Shown here piece by piece: positions 37,421-48,427 of a stretch of 64,000 bases of DNA. Every line of letters starts with the position of its first letter. Within the stretch, counting starts at the first letter, position 1. Source of the DNA: an uncultured Acidobacteriaceae bacterium (GTDB lineage Bacteria; Acidobacteriota; Terriglobia; Terriglobales; Acidobacteriaceae); NCBI GenBank assembly GCA_963850345.1, contig CAWKKW010000007.1, positions 689-64,688 of the forward strand, given 5' to 3'. The notes beneath the pieces were generated by a model. It did no database searches. It saw nothing but the letters and a program-made list of their open reading frames with translations, and was not told where the DNA came from. Made by a program: the position numbers and the translations under genes.

Positions 37421-39292
37421 TTAGATCCCCTCCTGCAGGACCAGTTCATCCGTAAGGGACCGTGCATCCACGGGCAGACCGTTGAAATACCGTACGCTGC
37501 GCAGCTTGGTAACCTCTTCCGCCGCGAGATCCAGCTTCAGCAAGTCGAACATCTGTGCATCGCGGTTTTGCTCCACCACGTAAATCCGCTCATGCGATGC
37601 GACAAATGCCGCCACTTCGCGGGAGAAGGGATACGCGCGAATCCGCAGATAGTCCGTCTCGAGCCCATATTCCTTCTTCAACTGATCGCGCGATTCGATC
37701 AGCGCGAAATCCGTCGTGCCATACGCGATCAGGCCGATCTTCGATTGACCATCCTGCACCACCACTGGCGCGGGCACCAGCGTTCTCGCGGTATCGAACT
37801 TGCGCTTCAGCCGCTCCATCAAGTTCTGGTAATCGTCCGGCCGCTCCGTATACTGCGCGTCTTCGTTGTGGCCGCTGCCGCGTGTGAAGTAGGCCGCCTT
37901 CGGATGCGCCGTGCCCGGCAGAGTGCGATACGGAATGCCGTCGCCGTCCACATCCCGGTAACGCCCAAATCCACCCAGGCGATCGAGATCTTCGGCGCTC
38001 AGCACCTTGCCACGGTTCAACGGCTTCTCCGGATACTGAAACGGATCGGACATCCAGTTATTCATGCCCAGGTCGAGATCCGACAGCACGAAGACCGGCG
38101 TCTGCAATTGCTCCGCGAGATCAAACGCCGCCATTCCGAAGTCGAAGCACTCTTTCACGCTGCCCGGCAGCAGGATCACGTGCCGCGTGTCGCCGTGAGA
38201 GAGGAATGCCACCGAAATCAAATCAGCCTGTGCAGTGCGCGTCGGCAGGCCCGTCGAGGGGCCCACACGCTGCACATCAAAGATCACGCCCGGCAGTTCC
38301 GCGAAATATCCCAGCCCGGAAAACTCCGCCATCAGCGAGATGCCCGGCCCCGACGTTGAAGTCATCGAGCGTGCGCCCGCCCAGCCTGCGCCCAGGACCA
38401 TGCCAATGGCAGCCAGTTCGTCTTCGGCCTGCACCACGGCGAAACTCGCCTTGCCATTCTCCTCAATGCGGTACTTCTTCAAGTAGTCGATCAGGTTTTC
38501 TACCAGCGACGAAGACGGCGTAATCGGGTACCACGTCACCACCGTGACCCCGGCGAAGAGCGCGCCCAGCGCGGCCGCGGCATTGCCGTCGATGATGATC
38601 TTGCCTTCGGTTGCGTGCATCCGCTCCAGGTAGAAGGGGTCCTGCTTGGTAAAGTTTTCAGTCGCGTACTGGTAGCCCGCCTGCACTGCGCTCCAGTTCA
38701 GATCGGCGGCCTTCTGCTTTTTTGCGAACTGCTGCCGCAGCGCCTTCTCCACTGCCGTCATGTCCATGTCGACCAGTTTGGCAACCACGCCGACGTAGAT
38801 CATGTTCTTGACCAGCTTGCGCAGCTTGGCCTCAGGGCAGACCGCTGCGGTGAGCTTGTCAAACGGCACCGGATAGCACACCACGTCATCGCGATACTGC
38901 TTCAGGTCCTGCGTCTCTTCGTAGATGGCGATCCCGCCAGCTGGCAGCGAGAGCATGTCGCTCTTGGTCGTCTCGGCATTCATCGCGACCAGGATGTCGA
39001 TCTCTTTTTTGCGCGCGACATAGCCGTTCTTGCTGGCACGAATCGTGTACCAGGTCGGCAGTCCTGCGATGTTGGAAGGGAACAGGTTTTTGCCGCTGAC
39101 CGGGATACCCATCCCGAAGATGCTCTTGAGAAGTACGGCGTTCGCAGACTGCGAGCCGGAGCCATTGACGGTTGCTACCTGAATGCTGAAATCGTTAACG
39201 ATTCGTTTCGTTGCGGCTGAATCCTTTACATCTGGGCTGCCCTGCGCGCTCACCGCGGCGCTGTTTTTCAGGGCAACATGTCCTGTCGCCAT
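37421..39292 (-). CDS. korA: 2-oxoacid:ferredoxin oxidoreductase alpha (fused alpha/gamma) subunit
   Basis: Pyruvate/2-oxoglutarate:ferredoxin oxidoreductase domain order, about 620 aa. Start at the MATGHVALKN ATG (39292). Confidence 0.9.
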   Translation of the reverse strand: MATGHVALKNSAAVSAQGSPDVKDSAATKRIVNDFSIQVATVNGSGSQSANAVLLKSIFGMGIPVSGKNLFPSNIAGLPTWYTIRASKNGYVARKKEIDILVAMNAETTKSDMLSLPAGGIAIYEETQDLKQYRDDVVCYPVPFDKLTAAVCPEAKLRKLVKNMIYVGVVAKLVDMDMTAVEKALRQQFAKKQKAADLNWSAVQAGYQYATENFTKQDPFYLERMHATEGKIIIDGNAAAALGALFAGVTVVTWYPITPSSSLVENLIDYLKKYRIEENGKASFAVVQAEDELAAIGMVLGAGWAGARSMTSTSGPGISLMAEFSGLGYFAELPGVIFDVQRVGPSTGLPTRTAQADLISVAFLSHGDTRHVILLPGSVKECFDFGMAAFDLAEQLQTPVFVLSDLDLGMNNWMSDPFQYPEKPLNRGKVLSAEDLDRLGGFGRYRDVDGDGIPYRTLPGTAHPKAAYFTRGSGHNEDAQYTERPDDYQNLMERLKRKFDTARTLVPAPVVVQDGQSKIGLIAYGTTDFALIESRDQLKKEYGLETDYLRIRAYPFSREVAAFVASHERIYVVEQNRDAQMFDLLKLDLAAEEVTKLRSVRYFNGLPVDARSLTDELVLQEGI

Positions 39293-39528
39293 AATCCCCT
39301 TTGATCGAACTCGAAAAGATCGCCGACCGAACCCATGCCTACCCGTTGGCAGAACATTCGATTCATCGGATCTTAGTTTCCCGTGATTATAGTCACCCAA
39401 CTACTACACTTTCAGTCCCAAACTGCCCAACGGAACCATTTGGGTACCGAGCAGCCCCGTTCTGGCATCGAACGGAATCGGCCTCGGATGAGCGCCACAT
39501 GCTTCGCGCCTTTTCAATAGCTTAGACG

Positions 39529-40590
39529 CTAGTTTCGAAGATCAGCCATCAACCCCGCGACCTCCGCCTGCTCAGCGCCTGTCAGCGGAAGCAGCGGTAC
39601 TCTTGGCCATCCCCCGTAGTAGCCGTTCAGATCGCAGGCGTACTTCAGTCCGGGAATGCCCAGTTGACCAGCTACTCGCTTGGATGCCGCGACGATGCGC
39701 TGCTGTTTCTCTTCGGCCAGCGCCGGAGCATTCTCTTTGCATGCCGCGTAGATCTCGAGGCATGCCTGCGGTGCGCACCCGGCCAGCGCCAGCACTGCGC
39801 CGCTCGCTCCGGCCTCTAGCGAAGACTTCAGCGTGTCGGCGGACCCGCCCAGTACCTGGAAGCCGACCTCGCGCGTGCGCGTCTTCAAGGCCGGACGGGG
39901 AGGAGCGACCGCGAAGGCCGCATTCCCGCCGCCCAGATCGCCTGCGGACACAAAGTTCGCGGCGCCCGCTGGAGCCTCCGCCGTCAACATGCGTCCCGTG
40001 ACTGCCTCGAAAATCTGCGTCACCGCGACGGTTCGTTTGCGAGCGCCACGCGTCGCCTCGACGATCTCCGCCAGCCGCGCCACGTCCCCGCTTGAATCCT
40101 TCAGCCCCACGATGTTCGGGTGCGATGCCAACTCGACGATCACCGCTACCGGAATTTCGTAATGCGTGAACTTTGGAATGCTGTACAGAATCACCGGCAG
40201 CGCCGACTGATCGGCGATCATGCGGTAGTAGTTCAGCATCTCCGCCGGGCGCATCTGCGGACCATAGTAATGCGGCGTGCGAACCAGCACTGCGTCATAC
40301 CGCTGCTCGGCGGCGAACTCGGCCAGCCGCAAGGTTTCGATCACGCTCTCGCGCGCCACTCCGGCGATCAGCACCTTCTCCGCCGCTGCCGCCTCGGCCG
40401 CCGTCTTGAGTACCTCGCGCGATTCGGCGTCGCTCAGCATCACTGCCTCGCCGGTCGATCCCAGCACCACCATTCCCGACAAGGGCGTGTGCGAATAGCG
40501 GTCGATGTTGTGTTCGAGCTTGCGCAGATACAGCCGTCCATCGCTATAGAACGGCGTGGTGACCGCTGCCAGAATTCCTTCGATCAGCAT
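39529..40590 (-). CDS. Dihydrodipicolinate synthase/N-acetylneuraminate lyase family protein (paralog with an insertion)
   Basis: Motifs GSTGEAVML and Schiff-base Lys in IVGLKDSSGD. Carries about 60 extra residues relative to E. coli DapA. Confidence 0.8.
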   Translation of the reverse strand: MLIEGILAAVTTPFYSDGRLYLRKLEHNIDRYSHTPLSGMVVLGSTGEAVMLSDAESREVLKTAAEAAAAEKVLIAGVARESVIETLRLAEFAAEQRYDAVLVRTPHYYGPQMRPAEMLNYYRMIADQSALPVILYSIPKFTHYEIPVAVIVELASHPNIVGLKDSSGDVARLAEIVEATRGARKRTVAVTQIFEAVTGRMLTAEAPAGAANFVSAGDLGGGNAAFAVAPPRPALKTRTREVGFQVLGGSADTLKSSLEAGASGAVLALAGCAPQACLEIYAACKENAPALAEEKQQRIVAASKRVAGQLGIPGLKYACDLNGYYGGWPRVPLLPLTGAEQAEVAGLMADLRN

Positions 40591-40708
40591 GAATCCATTG
40601 TAAATCCCGGATCCCACGAAAGACGCAGCCCTGAACCTGGTTCGGAGCTTCCGTTTCCACGCAACTCTGTTTACTCTGGAAGCAACGCCCCTTTAAGCAC
40701 CTTGAACC

Positions 40709-41224
40709 ATGGAGCCCAGCATGTCCGCTGCTTCCGCGCACCAGGCCGTACCCCTCGTCGATAACGGCAGCAACCGCATCGTTTCGCAGGCCATATGGTT
40801 CTTCCTCCATGCGCTCTTCAGCCTGCTCGCCTGGGCCGCAATGATGGGGACCGTCAGCCTCTTTCATCCCGACTACGTCTCTCCCATCGTCACGCTGGGG
40901 ATGTCGCTGGCCGCGCCGCTGGTCCTGGGTTTTCTGCTGGTCCGCATTCGCGCCAGCGACGTCGCGACACTGGTCTGGCTCGCCGGGTTGGTGTGGTTCA
41001 TGGTGGTCGGTCTTTGGATTCTGGATATGCCGACCGGCCCGGGCGCCTGCTACCACTGCGGCGCCAGCGAGAAGCTCTGGTTTACCTTTTTCAGCCTAGA
41101 CAAAGACAGCGGCATGATTGATGGGCAGGGCCGCCTCATCGGCACTTGGCCGGCCGTCGCCATGATCGGCTATTCCATTGGAGCTCGCCTGGCCGCACGC
41201 ATTCCCAAGCTCATCAAGAATTAA
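40709..41224 (+). CDS. Hypothetical integral membrane protein
   Basis: Four to five hydrophobic helices. No family recognised. Confidence 0.55.
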   Translation: MEPSMSAASAHQAVPLVDNGSNRIVSQAIWFFLHALFSLLAWAAMMGTVSLFHPDYVSPIVTLGMSLAAPLVLGFLLVRIRASDVATLVWLAGLVWFMVVGLWILDMPTGPGACYHCGASEKLWFTFFSLDKDSGMIDGQGRLIGTWPAVAMIGYSIGARLAARIPKLIKN

Positions 41225-41264
41225 GCTAAGGCTAGGCCGGAATCAGTCCGGCCATATCTGGAGC

Positions 41265-42185
41265 CTACTGTGCGGCCTCACCCGGGAACGGCCCCTTCTG
41301 CTCCTGAACGATGCGAGTCACCTCGGCCTTCAGCTCGTCATACTCCGCGTCTCCGCTGAAAAAGCGGTAGTCCGCGTGCTCGCCGCCGCCCTCACCCTGC
41401 AGCGAATATTGCCTCTTCCCCGCTGCAGCCTGGTCCGGGTGCGCCTTGGCCCACGACGCCTGGTTCATGTCATCGGACGTGAGCGAAATCTCCCACACCC
41501 GCTTCCCCGCTGCATCCCGAACGATGAACCGGTAGTACAGGTGAAACTTCCCCATCGGATGAAAGTATTCGATCGCATCCACCCGGTACTTGCCTACCGG
41601 AAACATCTCCAGCAGGAAGCCGTTGCTCTGGTTCGCTTCTTTTGCCGTCGGATCATCGTGCAGCTTGCGCAACAGCTCCCGCTCCGCATCCCGCTGCTGC
41701 TTGTGCCCAGCCTCCGCGTAAGCCGTCACCAGGGTGGTATTCACGCGCCAGTCATCGGGTGCAAGCTGTTTTGCCTTCTCGGCGTACTTTACCGCCGTCT
41801 CTCCCTGGTAGAGATCGATCGCGGCGGTCGCCGCCAGCAGGTTCGCTGCTTCATTCTCTGGCTGTTGCGCGAGCACCTGTTTGAACTGCTCCAGCGCCTT
41901 TTGTGGTTGATGCTGCTTCAACAGATCGAGGCCCGCTTGAACACCGCCGCTCGCCGGAGCCGCTGCAGCCGTTGCCGGGGCCTGGGCGCTAGTCGGCGAC
42001 TGAGATACGCTCTGGGCTACACCACAGGCTGGAATCAGAGCCAGCCAACACACACTCGATAGCGAACTGCCCAAACGCTTCCCCAATTGCGACAACTCCT
42101 CTACAACCCTGCCCCTAGCATAGCCCGGCCTTCGCCCTCTTTCCGCCAAATGAAAGAGGCTCGGCTGGTTCGCCGAGCCTCTCAC
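41265..42185 (-). CDS. Hypothetical exported protein with N-terminal TPR-like region
   Basis: Signal-peptide-like SLSSVCWLALIPACGVAQS followed by TPR-like helices. Start codon uncertain. Confidence 0.6.
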   Translation of the reverse strand: MRGSANQPSLFHLAERGRRPGYARGRVVEELSQLGKRLGSSLSSVCWLALIPACGVAQSVSQSPTSAQAPATAAAAPASGGVQAGLDLLKQHQPQKALEQFKQVLAQQPENEAANLLAATAAIDLYQGETAVKYAEKAKQLAPDDWRVNTTLVTAYAEAGHKQQRDAERELLRKLHDDPTAKEANQSNGFLLEMFPVGKYRVDAIEYFHPMGKFHLYYRFIVRDAAGKRVWEISLTSDDMNQASWAKAHPDQAAAGKRQYSLQGEGGGEHADYRFFSGDAEYDELKAEVTRIVQEQKGPFPGEAAQ

Positions 42186-42222
42186 TCTCTATTCCGCTGA
42201 CCACTGCTCACACATCGAAGAC

Positions 42223-42426
42223 TTACGCGGCCAGCCCGCCTAAATGTTCCTCACTGACAGGAACTGGCTCATTGGTTGAGCCGGTCGGCTCCAGTACCAT
42301 ACCGACCTCGCGGTCGATCCACACACAGGCCAGCGGCTGCCGTGGATTGCCGGTCACAATCCATACGCAGGTGATCGCCGGCGCGATCCGCGCCAAGGGC
42401 GTGTTCTCAAAGACGTGCAGGTTCAT
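42223..42426 (-). CDS. Small hypothetical protein (67 aa)
   Basis: Strong GGAGG 4 nt upstream of the ATG (plus strand cctcc at 42431-42435). No homology recognised. Confidence 0.4.
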   Translation of the reverse strand: MNLHVFENTPLARIAPAITCVWIVTGNPRQPLACVWIDREVGMVLEPTGSTNEPVPVSEEHLGGLAA

Positions 42427-42818
42427 AGCTCCTCCATTCGCCGTGGAACCTGGTTGGGTTCCAGTTGGCGGAGGGGCAAGTCTTCATTGGGATTCTTGGA
42501 ATCTTTGGCTGAAGCCTCGCTCTCTCACAGTTGATCGTCAGCCTGTGAGCAGAGGAAGCCAGCAGGGCCCGGTCGGGCCAAATGTCTACTCGTTACTCAC
42601 AAACCACAGAGCCCCACAACACGGTAGGACCAGGCTGTTTTCTTTCTACTCGGTATCATGCGTGATTCGGTTCTCACCGGTGGTTCACGTTTTCGGTCCA
42701 AAGTCACAGAACGGCTCCACTTACCACCGTCCCACCAATCTCATTAGACGCCGCTCGAACCCCATTCGATGCATCGCCTGTAACGCTGTATTCACAATAG
42801 TATCGTCTTACGTTCGCT

Positions 42819-45800
42819 TCAAGAGGATTCTGCTACAACTCTCGTGGTATGCAGCTGCTGCAGGGCCTTTACCCCAATCGTATTGCGCTGGATTGCCTGG
42901 ATTCCCTCCGCTGCCGCACGAGCCGCTGCCACTGTCGTGATGGTCGGGATTCGCTGCAACACCGCGGCCCTGCGAATCGCCTTTTCGTCGAAGAAGGTGT
43001 CCTGCCCGCGCGGAGTATTCACGATCAGCTGAATGCGGTCTCCCTTGATCAGGTCCACGACGTTGGGGCGGCCTTCCTTCACTTTGTAGACCCGGTCGAC
43101 GGTCAATCCGGCACGCTCGAGAATGTTGGCCGTTCCCTCCGTCGCCACGATATGAAATCCCAGTTCGACGTACAGGCGCGCCAACTCGACCAGCTGCGCC
43201 TTGTCGTGATCGTTGACGCTGAAGAAGACGGTACCCTTCACCGGCAGATTTTGACCGGCAGCAATCTGGGCCTTGGCAAACGCCTCGCCGAAGTTATCCG
43301 CGACTCCCATCACCTCGCCCGTCGACTTCATCTCCGGCCCCAGCACGGTGTCCACACCCGGAAATTTGTTCCATGGAAAGACCGGCGACTTCACAAAGTA
43401 GTGCGGGCCGGTTTCGAGGTCAGCCTTCGCCGCGAGTTGTTCAGGCATCAGGTCTTTCAGCGTGCGTCCAGTCATTAACCGCGCCGCCATCTTGGCCAGC
43501 GGCACTCCCGTTGCCTTAGAAACATAAGGCACGGTTCGCGAAGCGCGCGGATTCACTTCGATGACGAACACATTGTCCGCATCCCCTTCGCCTCGCCCGC
43601 GCTGGATCGCGAACTGCAGATTCACCAGGCCGATCACCTTCAATGCCAGCGCCAGCTTTCGTGTGTATGCGCGAATGGTGTCGAGCGTTGCCACGGGCAG
43701 ATCCACCGCGGGCAGCACGCACGAAGAGTCGCCGGAGTGAATGCCGGCCTCTTCAATGTGCTGCATGATTCCGGCGATCACCACGTCCTTCCCGTCACAC
43801 AACGCATCGACATCCACTTCCACCGCATCTTCGAGAAAGTGATCGACGAGGATCGGCCGGTCCTGCGAATACTCGACCGCCTCTTTCATGTAGCGCGACA
43901 CCGCGTCGGCATCGTACGCGATCACCATGGCACGCCCGCCCAGCACATACGACGGCCGCACCAGCACTGGGTAGCCGATACGTTCCGCGCCTTCGAGAGC
44001 CTCTTCCACGCTGGTCGCCATCACGCCCGGAGGCTGCGGAATTCCAAGATCGACCAGCAGCTTGCCAAAGCGCTTGCGGTCCTCCGCAAGATCAATCGAC
44101 TCCGGCGAAGTTCCGATGATCGGCACGCCCGCGGCCTTCAACGGCAGCGCCAGGTTGAGCGGCGTTTGTCCGCCGAACTGCACGATCATGCCGACTTCGG
44201 CTCCTCCGCTCGACTCGTGCTCGTAGATGGCCAGCACATCTTCTAGTGTGAGCGGCTCGAAATAGAGCCGGTCGCTGGTGTCGTAATCCGTTGAGACCGT
44301 CTCCGGATTGCAGTTCACCATGATCGTTTCGTAGTCGTCTTCCTTCAGCGCGAACGCCGCATGGCAGCAGCAGTAATCGAATTCGATACCCTGACCGATA
44401 CGATTTGGTCCACTGCCCAGAATGATGACCTTGCGCTTCGTGGTCGGCGGCGCCTCGTCCTCTTCGTCGTATGTTGAGTAGAGATACGGAGTGGAGCTCT
44501 CAAACTCCGCCGCGCAGGTATCCACCAGTTTGAACACCGGCTTCAATCCCTGCTTCGAACGCAGGTCGCGCACTACCTCCACACCTTCCCTGCCGCTCAA
44601 TCCCCAGGTCTCCGCGATCCGTTCATCGGAGACGCCCATGCGCTTCACTTTACGCAACTGCTCTGGTGACACATTGTCTTTGCCTTGTTCGCCGAGCGCC
44701 GCGAGTTGATCGGTAATCTCTTTAATCTGGTACAGGAACCACGGATCCATCGACGTCATGCGCGCCACTTCGCGCACCGACATACCGCGGCGGAAGGCGA
44801 ACCGGATGTAGTTCAGCCGCTCCGGCTGCGGCGTCACCAGCCGCTGCGTCAGCCGGCGCGGCTCCAGCACTTCGGCGCCCACCTTCTTGCCCGTCTCGAG
44901 CGAACGCAGCGCCTTCATCAGCGATTCTTTGAACGTGCGCCCGATGGCCATCACTTCGCCGACCGACTTCATCTGCGGGCCGAGCGTCTCGTCGGAGCCG
45001 GGGAACTTCTCGAACTGCCACTTGGGAATCTTCGTAACCACATAATCGATCGTCGGCTCAAAGCAGGCCGGCGTCTTCCGAGTGATGTCGTTCGGAATCT
45101 CGTCCAATGTGTAACCGACCGCGAGTTTGGCCGCGATCTTCGCAATCGGAAATCCCGTCGCCTTCGATGCCAGCGCCGACGACCGCGACACGCGCGGGTT
45201 CATCTCGATCACCGTCATCCGCCCGGTGACCGGGTTGACCGCGAACTGCACATTCGATCCGCCGGTCTCCACACCAATCTCGCGCATCACGCGAATCGCC
45301 GCATCGCGCATCTGCTGGTACTCGCGATCGGTAAGCGTCTGCGCCGGCGCCACCGTGATCGAGTCGCCCGTATGTACGCCCATCGGATCGAAGTTCTCGA
45401 TCGAGCAGATGATAATGACGTTGTCCGCCAGATCGCGCATCACCTCCAGCTCAAACTCCTTCCAACCCAGCACCGACTCTTCGATCAGGCACTCATGCAC
45501 CGGCGAGAGATCGAGGCCGCGCGCGAGAATCTCCATCAACTCCTCGCGGTTGTAGGCGATGCCGCCGCCCGAGCCGCCCAGCGTGAACGACGGCCGAATG
45601 ACCACCGGAAATCCAATCTTGCTGGCGAAGTCGAGTCCGTCGCGAAGATTGTTCACCAGCGCCGAACGCGGCATGTCGAGACCGATGCGCGTCATCGCGT
45701 CTTTGAACAGCAGCCGATCCTCGGCCTTCTTGATGGCCTCTAACTTTGCGCCAATCAATTCAACGTTGTACTTGTCGAGAATGCCCGCGTCCGCAAGATC

Positions 45801-46130
45801 GACGGCAAGATTCAACGCGGTCTGCCCGCCGACGGTCGGCAGCAGTGCGAACACGCCCCCGCGCCCATCGTCCTTGAGCATCTTCGACTCCACCCGCAAA
45901 ATCTCTTCCACGTACTGCTTGGTCAACGGCTCGATGTACGTCCGATCGGCCAGTTCGGGATCGGTCATGATGGTCGCCGGATTGGAGTTCACCAGCACCA
46001 CTTCGTAGCCTTCGGCCTTCAGCGCCTTGCACGCCTGCGTACCGGAGTAGTCAAACTCGGCCGACTGCCCGATCACGATCGGTCCCGAACCGATCACGAG
46101 AATTTTCGTAATGTCATTTCTGCGTGGCAT
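42819..46130 (-). CDS. carB: Carbamoyl-phosphate synthase large subunit
   Basis: Start [30 protein letters not shown] matches the E. coli CarB N-terminus. Duplicated ATP-grasp halves and an MGS-like C-terminus. Confidence 0.97.
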   Translation of the reverse strand: MPRRNDITKILVIGSGPIVIGQSAEFDYSGTQACKALKAEGYEVVLVNSNPATIMTDPELADRTYIEPLTKQYVEEILRVESKMLKDDGRGGVFALLPTVGGQTALNLAVDLADAGILDKYNVELIGAKLEAIKKAEDRLLFKDAMTRIGLDMPRSALVNNLRDGLDFASKIGFPVVIRPSFTLGGSGGGIAYNREELMEILARGLDLSPVHECLIEESVLGWKEFELEVMRDLADNVIIICSIENFDPMGVHTGDSITVAPAQTLTDREYQQMRDAAIRVMREIGVETGGSNVQFAVNPVTGRMTVIEMNPRVSRSSALASKATGFPIAKIAAKLAVGYTLDEIPNDITRKTPACFEPTIDYVVTKIPKWQFEKFPGSDETLGPQMKSVGEVMAIGRTFKESLMKALRSLETGKKVGAEVLEPRRLTQRLVTPQPERLNYIRFAFRRGMSVREVARMTSMDPWFLYQIKEITDQLAALGEQGKDNVSPEQLRKVKRMGVSDERIAETWGLSGREGVEVVRDLRSKQGLKPVFKLVDTCAAEFESSTPYLYSTYDEEDEAPPTTKRKVIILGSGPNRIGQGIEFDYCCCHAAFALKEDDYETIMVNCNPETVSTDYDTSDRLYFEPLTLEDVLAIYEHESSGGAEVGMIVQFGGQTPLNLALPLKAAGVPIIGTSPESIDLAEDRKRFGKLLVDLGIPQPPGVMATSVEEALEGAERIGYPVLVRPSYVLGGRAMVIAYDADAVSRYMKEAVEYSQDRPILVDHFLEDAVEVDVDALCDGKDVVIAGIMQHIEEAGIHSGDSSCVLPAVDLPVATLDTIRAYTRKLALALKVIGLVNLQFAIQRGRGEGDADNVFVIEVNPRASRTVPYVSKATGVPLAKMAARLMTGRTLKDLMPEQLAAKADLETGPHYFVKSPVFPWNKFPGVDTVLGPEMKSTGEVMGVADNFGEAFAKAQIAAGQNLPVKGTVFFSVNDHDKAQLVELARLYVELGFHIVATEGTANILERAGLTVDRVYKVKEGRPNVVDLIKGDRIQLIVNTPRGQDTFFDEKAIRRAAVLQRIPTITTVAAARAAAEGIQAIQRNTIGVKALQQLHTTRVVAESS

Positions 46131-46415
46131 GTGTTCCGAGCTCTCTCTGTTGAAGATCTTCAGCTTGCTGAATGGGCGAGGCTTCAGCCCCGCCATGACT
46201 CATCTCCCGTGACTGCAGCTTGAGCCGCTGAGGCACAGCATCCATCCGCTCACAACAATCAGTCATATTTAACCGAAGATTAGGCGGCGCGGCTTCTGCG
46301 GCACACCGCTCTGTTTGCCGCTGAGCACACTGTTCGGTGCTACCGCCGCAAACGATTTGAGAAAAAAGAAGACTGTTGAAAAGAAATGGAATGGTCAGGA
46401 GTAGGCGCTGTGGCT

Positions 46416-47561
46416 TCACCCTTTCCACTCCTCCATCATCTTGCGGAAGTCATGAAAGAGGTAGTTGGAATCGTGCGGACCCGGGCTCGCTTCGGGGTGA
46501 TACTGCACGCTGAACAGCGGCAGCGATTTATGCCGCAGACCCTCGAGCGTGTTGTCGTTCAGGTCGATGTGCGTCAGCTCAACTTCGCTCTGCTTCATCG
46601 ATTCCGGATCGACAGCGAAGTTGTGATTGTGCGCCGTGATCTCAACCTTGCCGCTCCCCGTGTTCTTCACCGGATGGTTGCCGCCGTGGTGGCCAAACTT
46701 CAACTTGTACGTCTTGCCGCCCAGCGCCAGCCCGATCAGCTGATGTCCCAGGCAAATTCCGAAGATCGGCTTCTTCCCCGCCAGCCTGCGAATGTTCTCC
46801 TGCGCATACGTCACCGGCTCCGGATCGCCCGGCCCGTTCGACAGAAAGATTCCGTCGGGATTCAGCGCCAGCACATCTTCTGCCGAGGTCTGCGCCGGAA
46901 CCACCGTCACCCGGCAAGCTTCCCGTGTAAGCATGCGCAGAATGTTGTGCTTGATGCCGAAGTCGTAGGCCACCACGTGCAGGTCGGGCGCCGGCATCTT
47001 CACCAGGTCCTCACCGAGCGCCAACGGGTCTTCGTTATAGTTGCGCGGATCGTTGCAGTCCCATTCGTAGCGCCCCTTGGTCGACACCACGCTGGCCAGA
47101 TCGGTGCCATCCATCTTGCGAATGGCCCGCGCCTTCTCCACCAGCTTGTCGGTCTCGGTCTCGATAGAGGAGATCACCCCGCGCATCACGCCAAAGGTAC
47201 GCAGATGCCGCACCAGCGCGCGCGTATCGATCTCGCTGATCACGGGAACGTTGTAGCGCTCCAGGTATTCGTCCGCCACCTGCTGCGAACGCCAGTTGGA
47301 GCTGATCGGCGAAAACTCTCGGGTGACCAGGCCTTCAATGAACGGTTTGCTGGCCTCGTTATCGGCGGCATTGGTGCCGTAGTTTCCGATTTGAGGATTG
47401 GTGAGAACTACTATCTGTCCGGCGTAGGAAGGATCGGTAAAGATTTCCTGATAGCCGGTCAGCGATGTATTGAAAACTACCTCGCCATAACATTCGCCCT
47501 TGGCGCCGTAGCCTTCACCGCGGAAGATGCGCCCGTCTTCGAGCGCAAGTATCGCCTGCAT
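46416..47561 (-). CDS. carA: Carbamoyl-phosphate synthase small (glutaminase) subunit
   Basis: Start [19 protein letters not shown]. Catalytic [14 protein letters not shown] upstream of ATG 47561. Confidence 0.95.
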   Translation of the reverse strand: MQAILALEDGRIFRGEGYGAKGECYGEVVFNTSLTGYQEIFTDPSYAGQIVVLTNPQIGNYGTNAADNEASKPFIEGLVTREFSPISSNWRSQQVADEYLERYNVPVISEIDTRALVRHLRTFGVMRGVISSIETETDKLVEKARAIRKMDGTDLASVVSTKGRYEWDCNDPRNYNEDPLALGEDLVKMPAPDLHVVAYDFGIKHNILRMLTREACRVTVVPAQTSAEDVLALNPDGIFLSNGPGDPEPVTYAQENIRRLAGKKPIFGICLGHQLIGLALGGKTYKLKFGHHGGNHPVKNTGSGKVEITAHNHNFAVDPESMKQSEVELTHIDLNDNTLEGLRHKSLPLFSVQYHPEASPGPHDSNYLFHDFRKMMEEWKG

Positions 47562-47800
47562 CGCTTCTCCGTCGAGTGGATTCAATCGAGTTTATCAGAG
47601 AATCCGGGCATGCCGGAAAACCGGCGCTCAATATCTGCGGATCTATCCCCGGAAGGGCCGCCGCGTCGCGGAATGGCCGCCTCGCCTGCCACTCCACCAA
47701 CAAGTCTCGCGACAATACGTCTCGCAAAGTTGTTGTAAGAGCCAGGCAGGATGGCCTGACCGCCCGCACAAAGATGGGCTGCTCTCGAAGTGATTCAAGC

Positions 47801-48373
47801 CTAGCGAACGACGCCCATCTCCGCTGTCGGCCAGTAGACGAACGCTGCCTTGCCGTAGATCAGCCTGCGATCCACTGGGCCGAACTCCCGGCTGTCGCTC
47901 GAGATCGAACGATGATCGCCCATCACAAAATACTGTCCCACCGGAATTACCATCTCCTCGAACGAACGGCCATCCTGATACCGGCTGGGCACATACGGCT
48001 CTGGAATCTGCTCTCCATTCACATACACGCGCCCACGGTCGATGCGCAGGTCGTCGCCCGGCAACGCGATCACGCGCTTGATGTAGCTCTTCGAAGGATC
48101 ACGCGGATAGTAGAAGACCACCACGTCGCCGCGCTCCACCTTTTCAAACCGGTAGACGAATTTGTTGATGAAGACACGATCCTGGTCGCGCAACTCGGGC
48201 AGCATGCTCGTGCCCTCCACCTTTACCGGCTGGTAGAGAAACGTGATGATCAGGAACGAGACAAAGATTGAGATGAACAAGTCCCGGACCCACACCCGAA
48301 GGCGGGCAGGTGGTTCACTCTTTACGATGGCTGAGCTGTCGGGGGGAACTTGCTCCAAACTTCCCTGGGTCAT
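47801..48373 (-). CDS. lepB: Signal peptidase I
   Basis: GTSMLPEL (catalytic Ser), GDVVVF, YIKRVIALPGD (Lys box), GDHRSISSDSREFG. Confidence 0.9.
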   Translation of the reverse strand: MTQGSLEQVPPDSSAIVKSEPPARLRVWVRDLFISIFVSFLIITFLYQPVKVEGTSMLPELRDQDRVFINKFVYRFEKVERGDVVVFYYPRDPSKSYIKRVIALPGDDLRIDRGRVYVNGEQIPEPYVPSRYQDGRSFEEMVIPVGQYFVMGDHRSISSDSREFGPVDRRLIYGKAAFVYWPTAEMGVVR

Positions 48374-48427
48374 GGATACCCGAATCCTGTCTATGTATTT
48401 ACGATACCAGTTCCAATGGAAGCTGCC

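Noticed and set aside
42735-42765. tRNA-like T-loop sequence (ggggttcgagcgg on the minus strand)
   Set aside because: The flanking bases cannot form a T-stem, and no acceptor or anticodon arms can be drawn. This is not a tRNA.
46114-46428. 104-aa ORF spanning the carA-carB spacer
   Set aside because: It overlaps both the carA stop region and the homology-supported carB start. Its composition is odd, and I saw no SD or recognisable family. I treat the region as non-coding (see the spacer finding).
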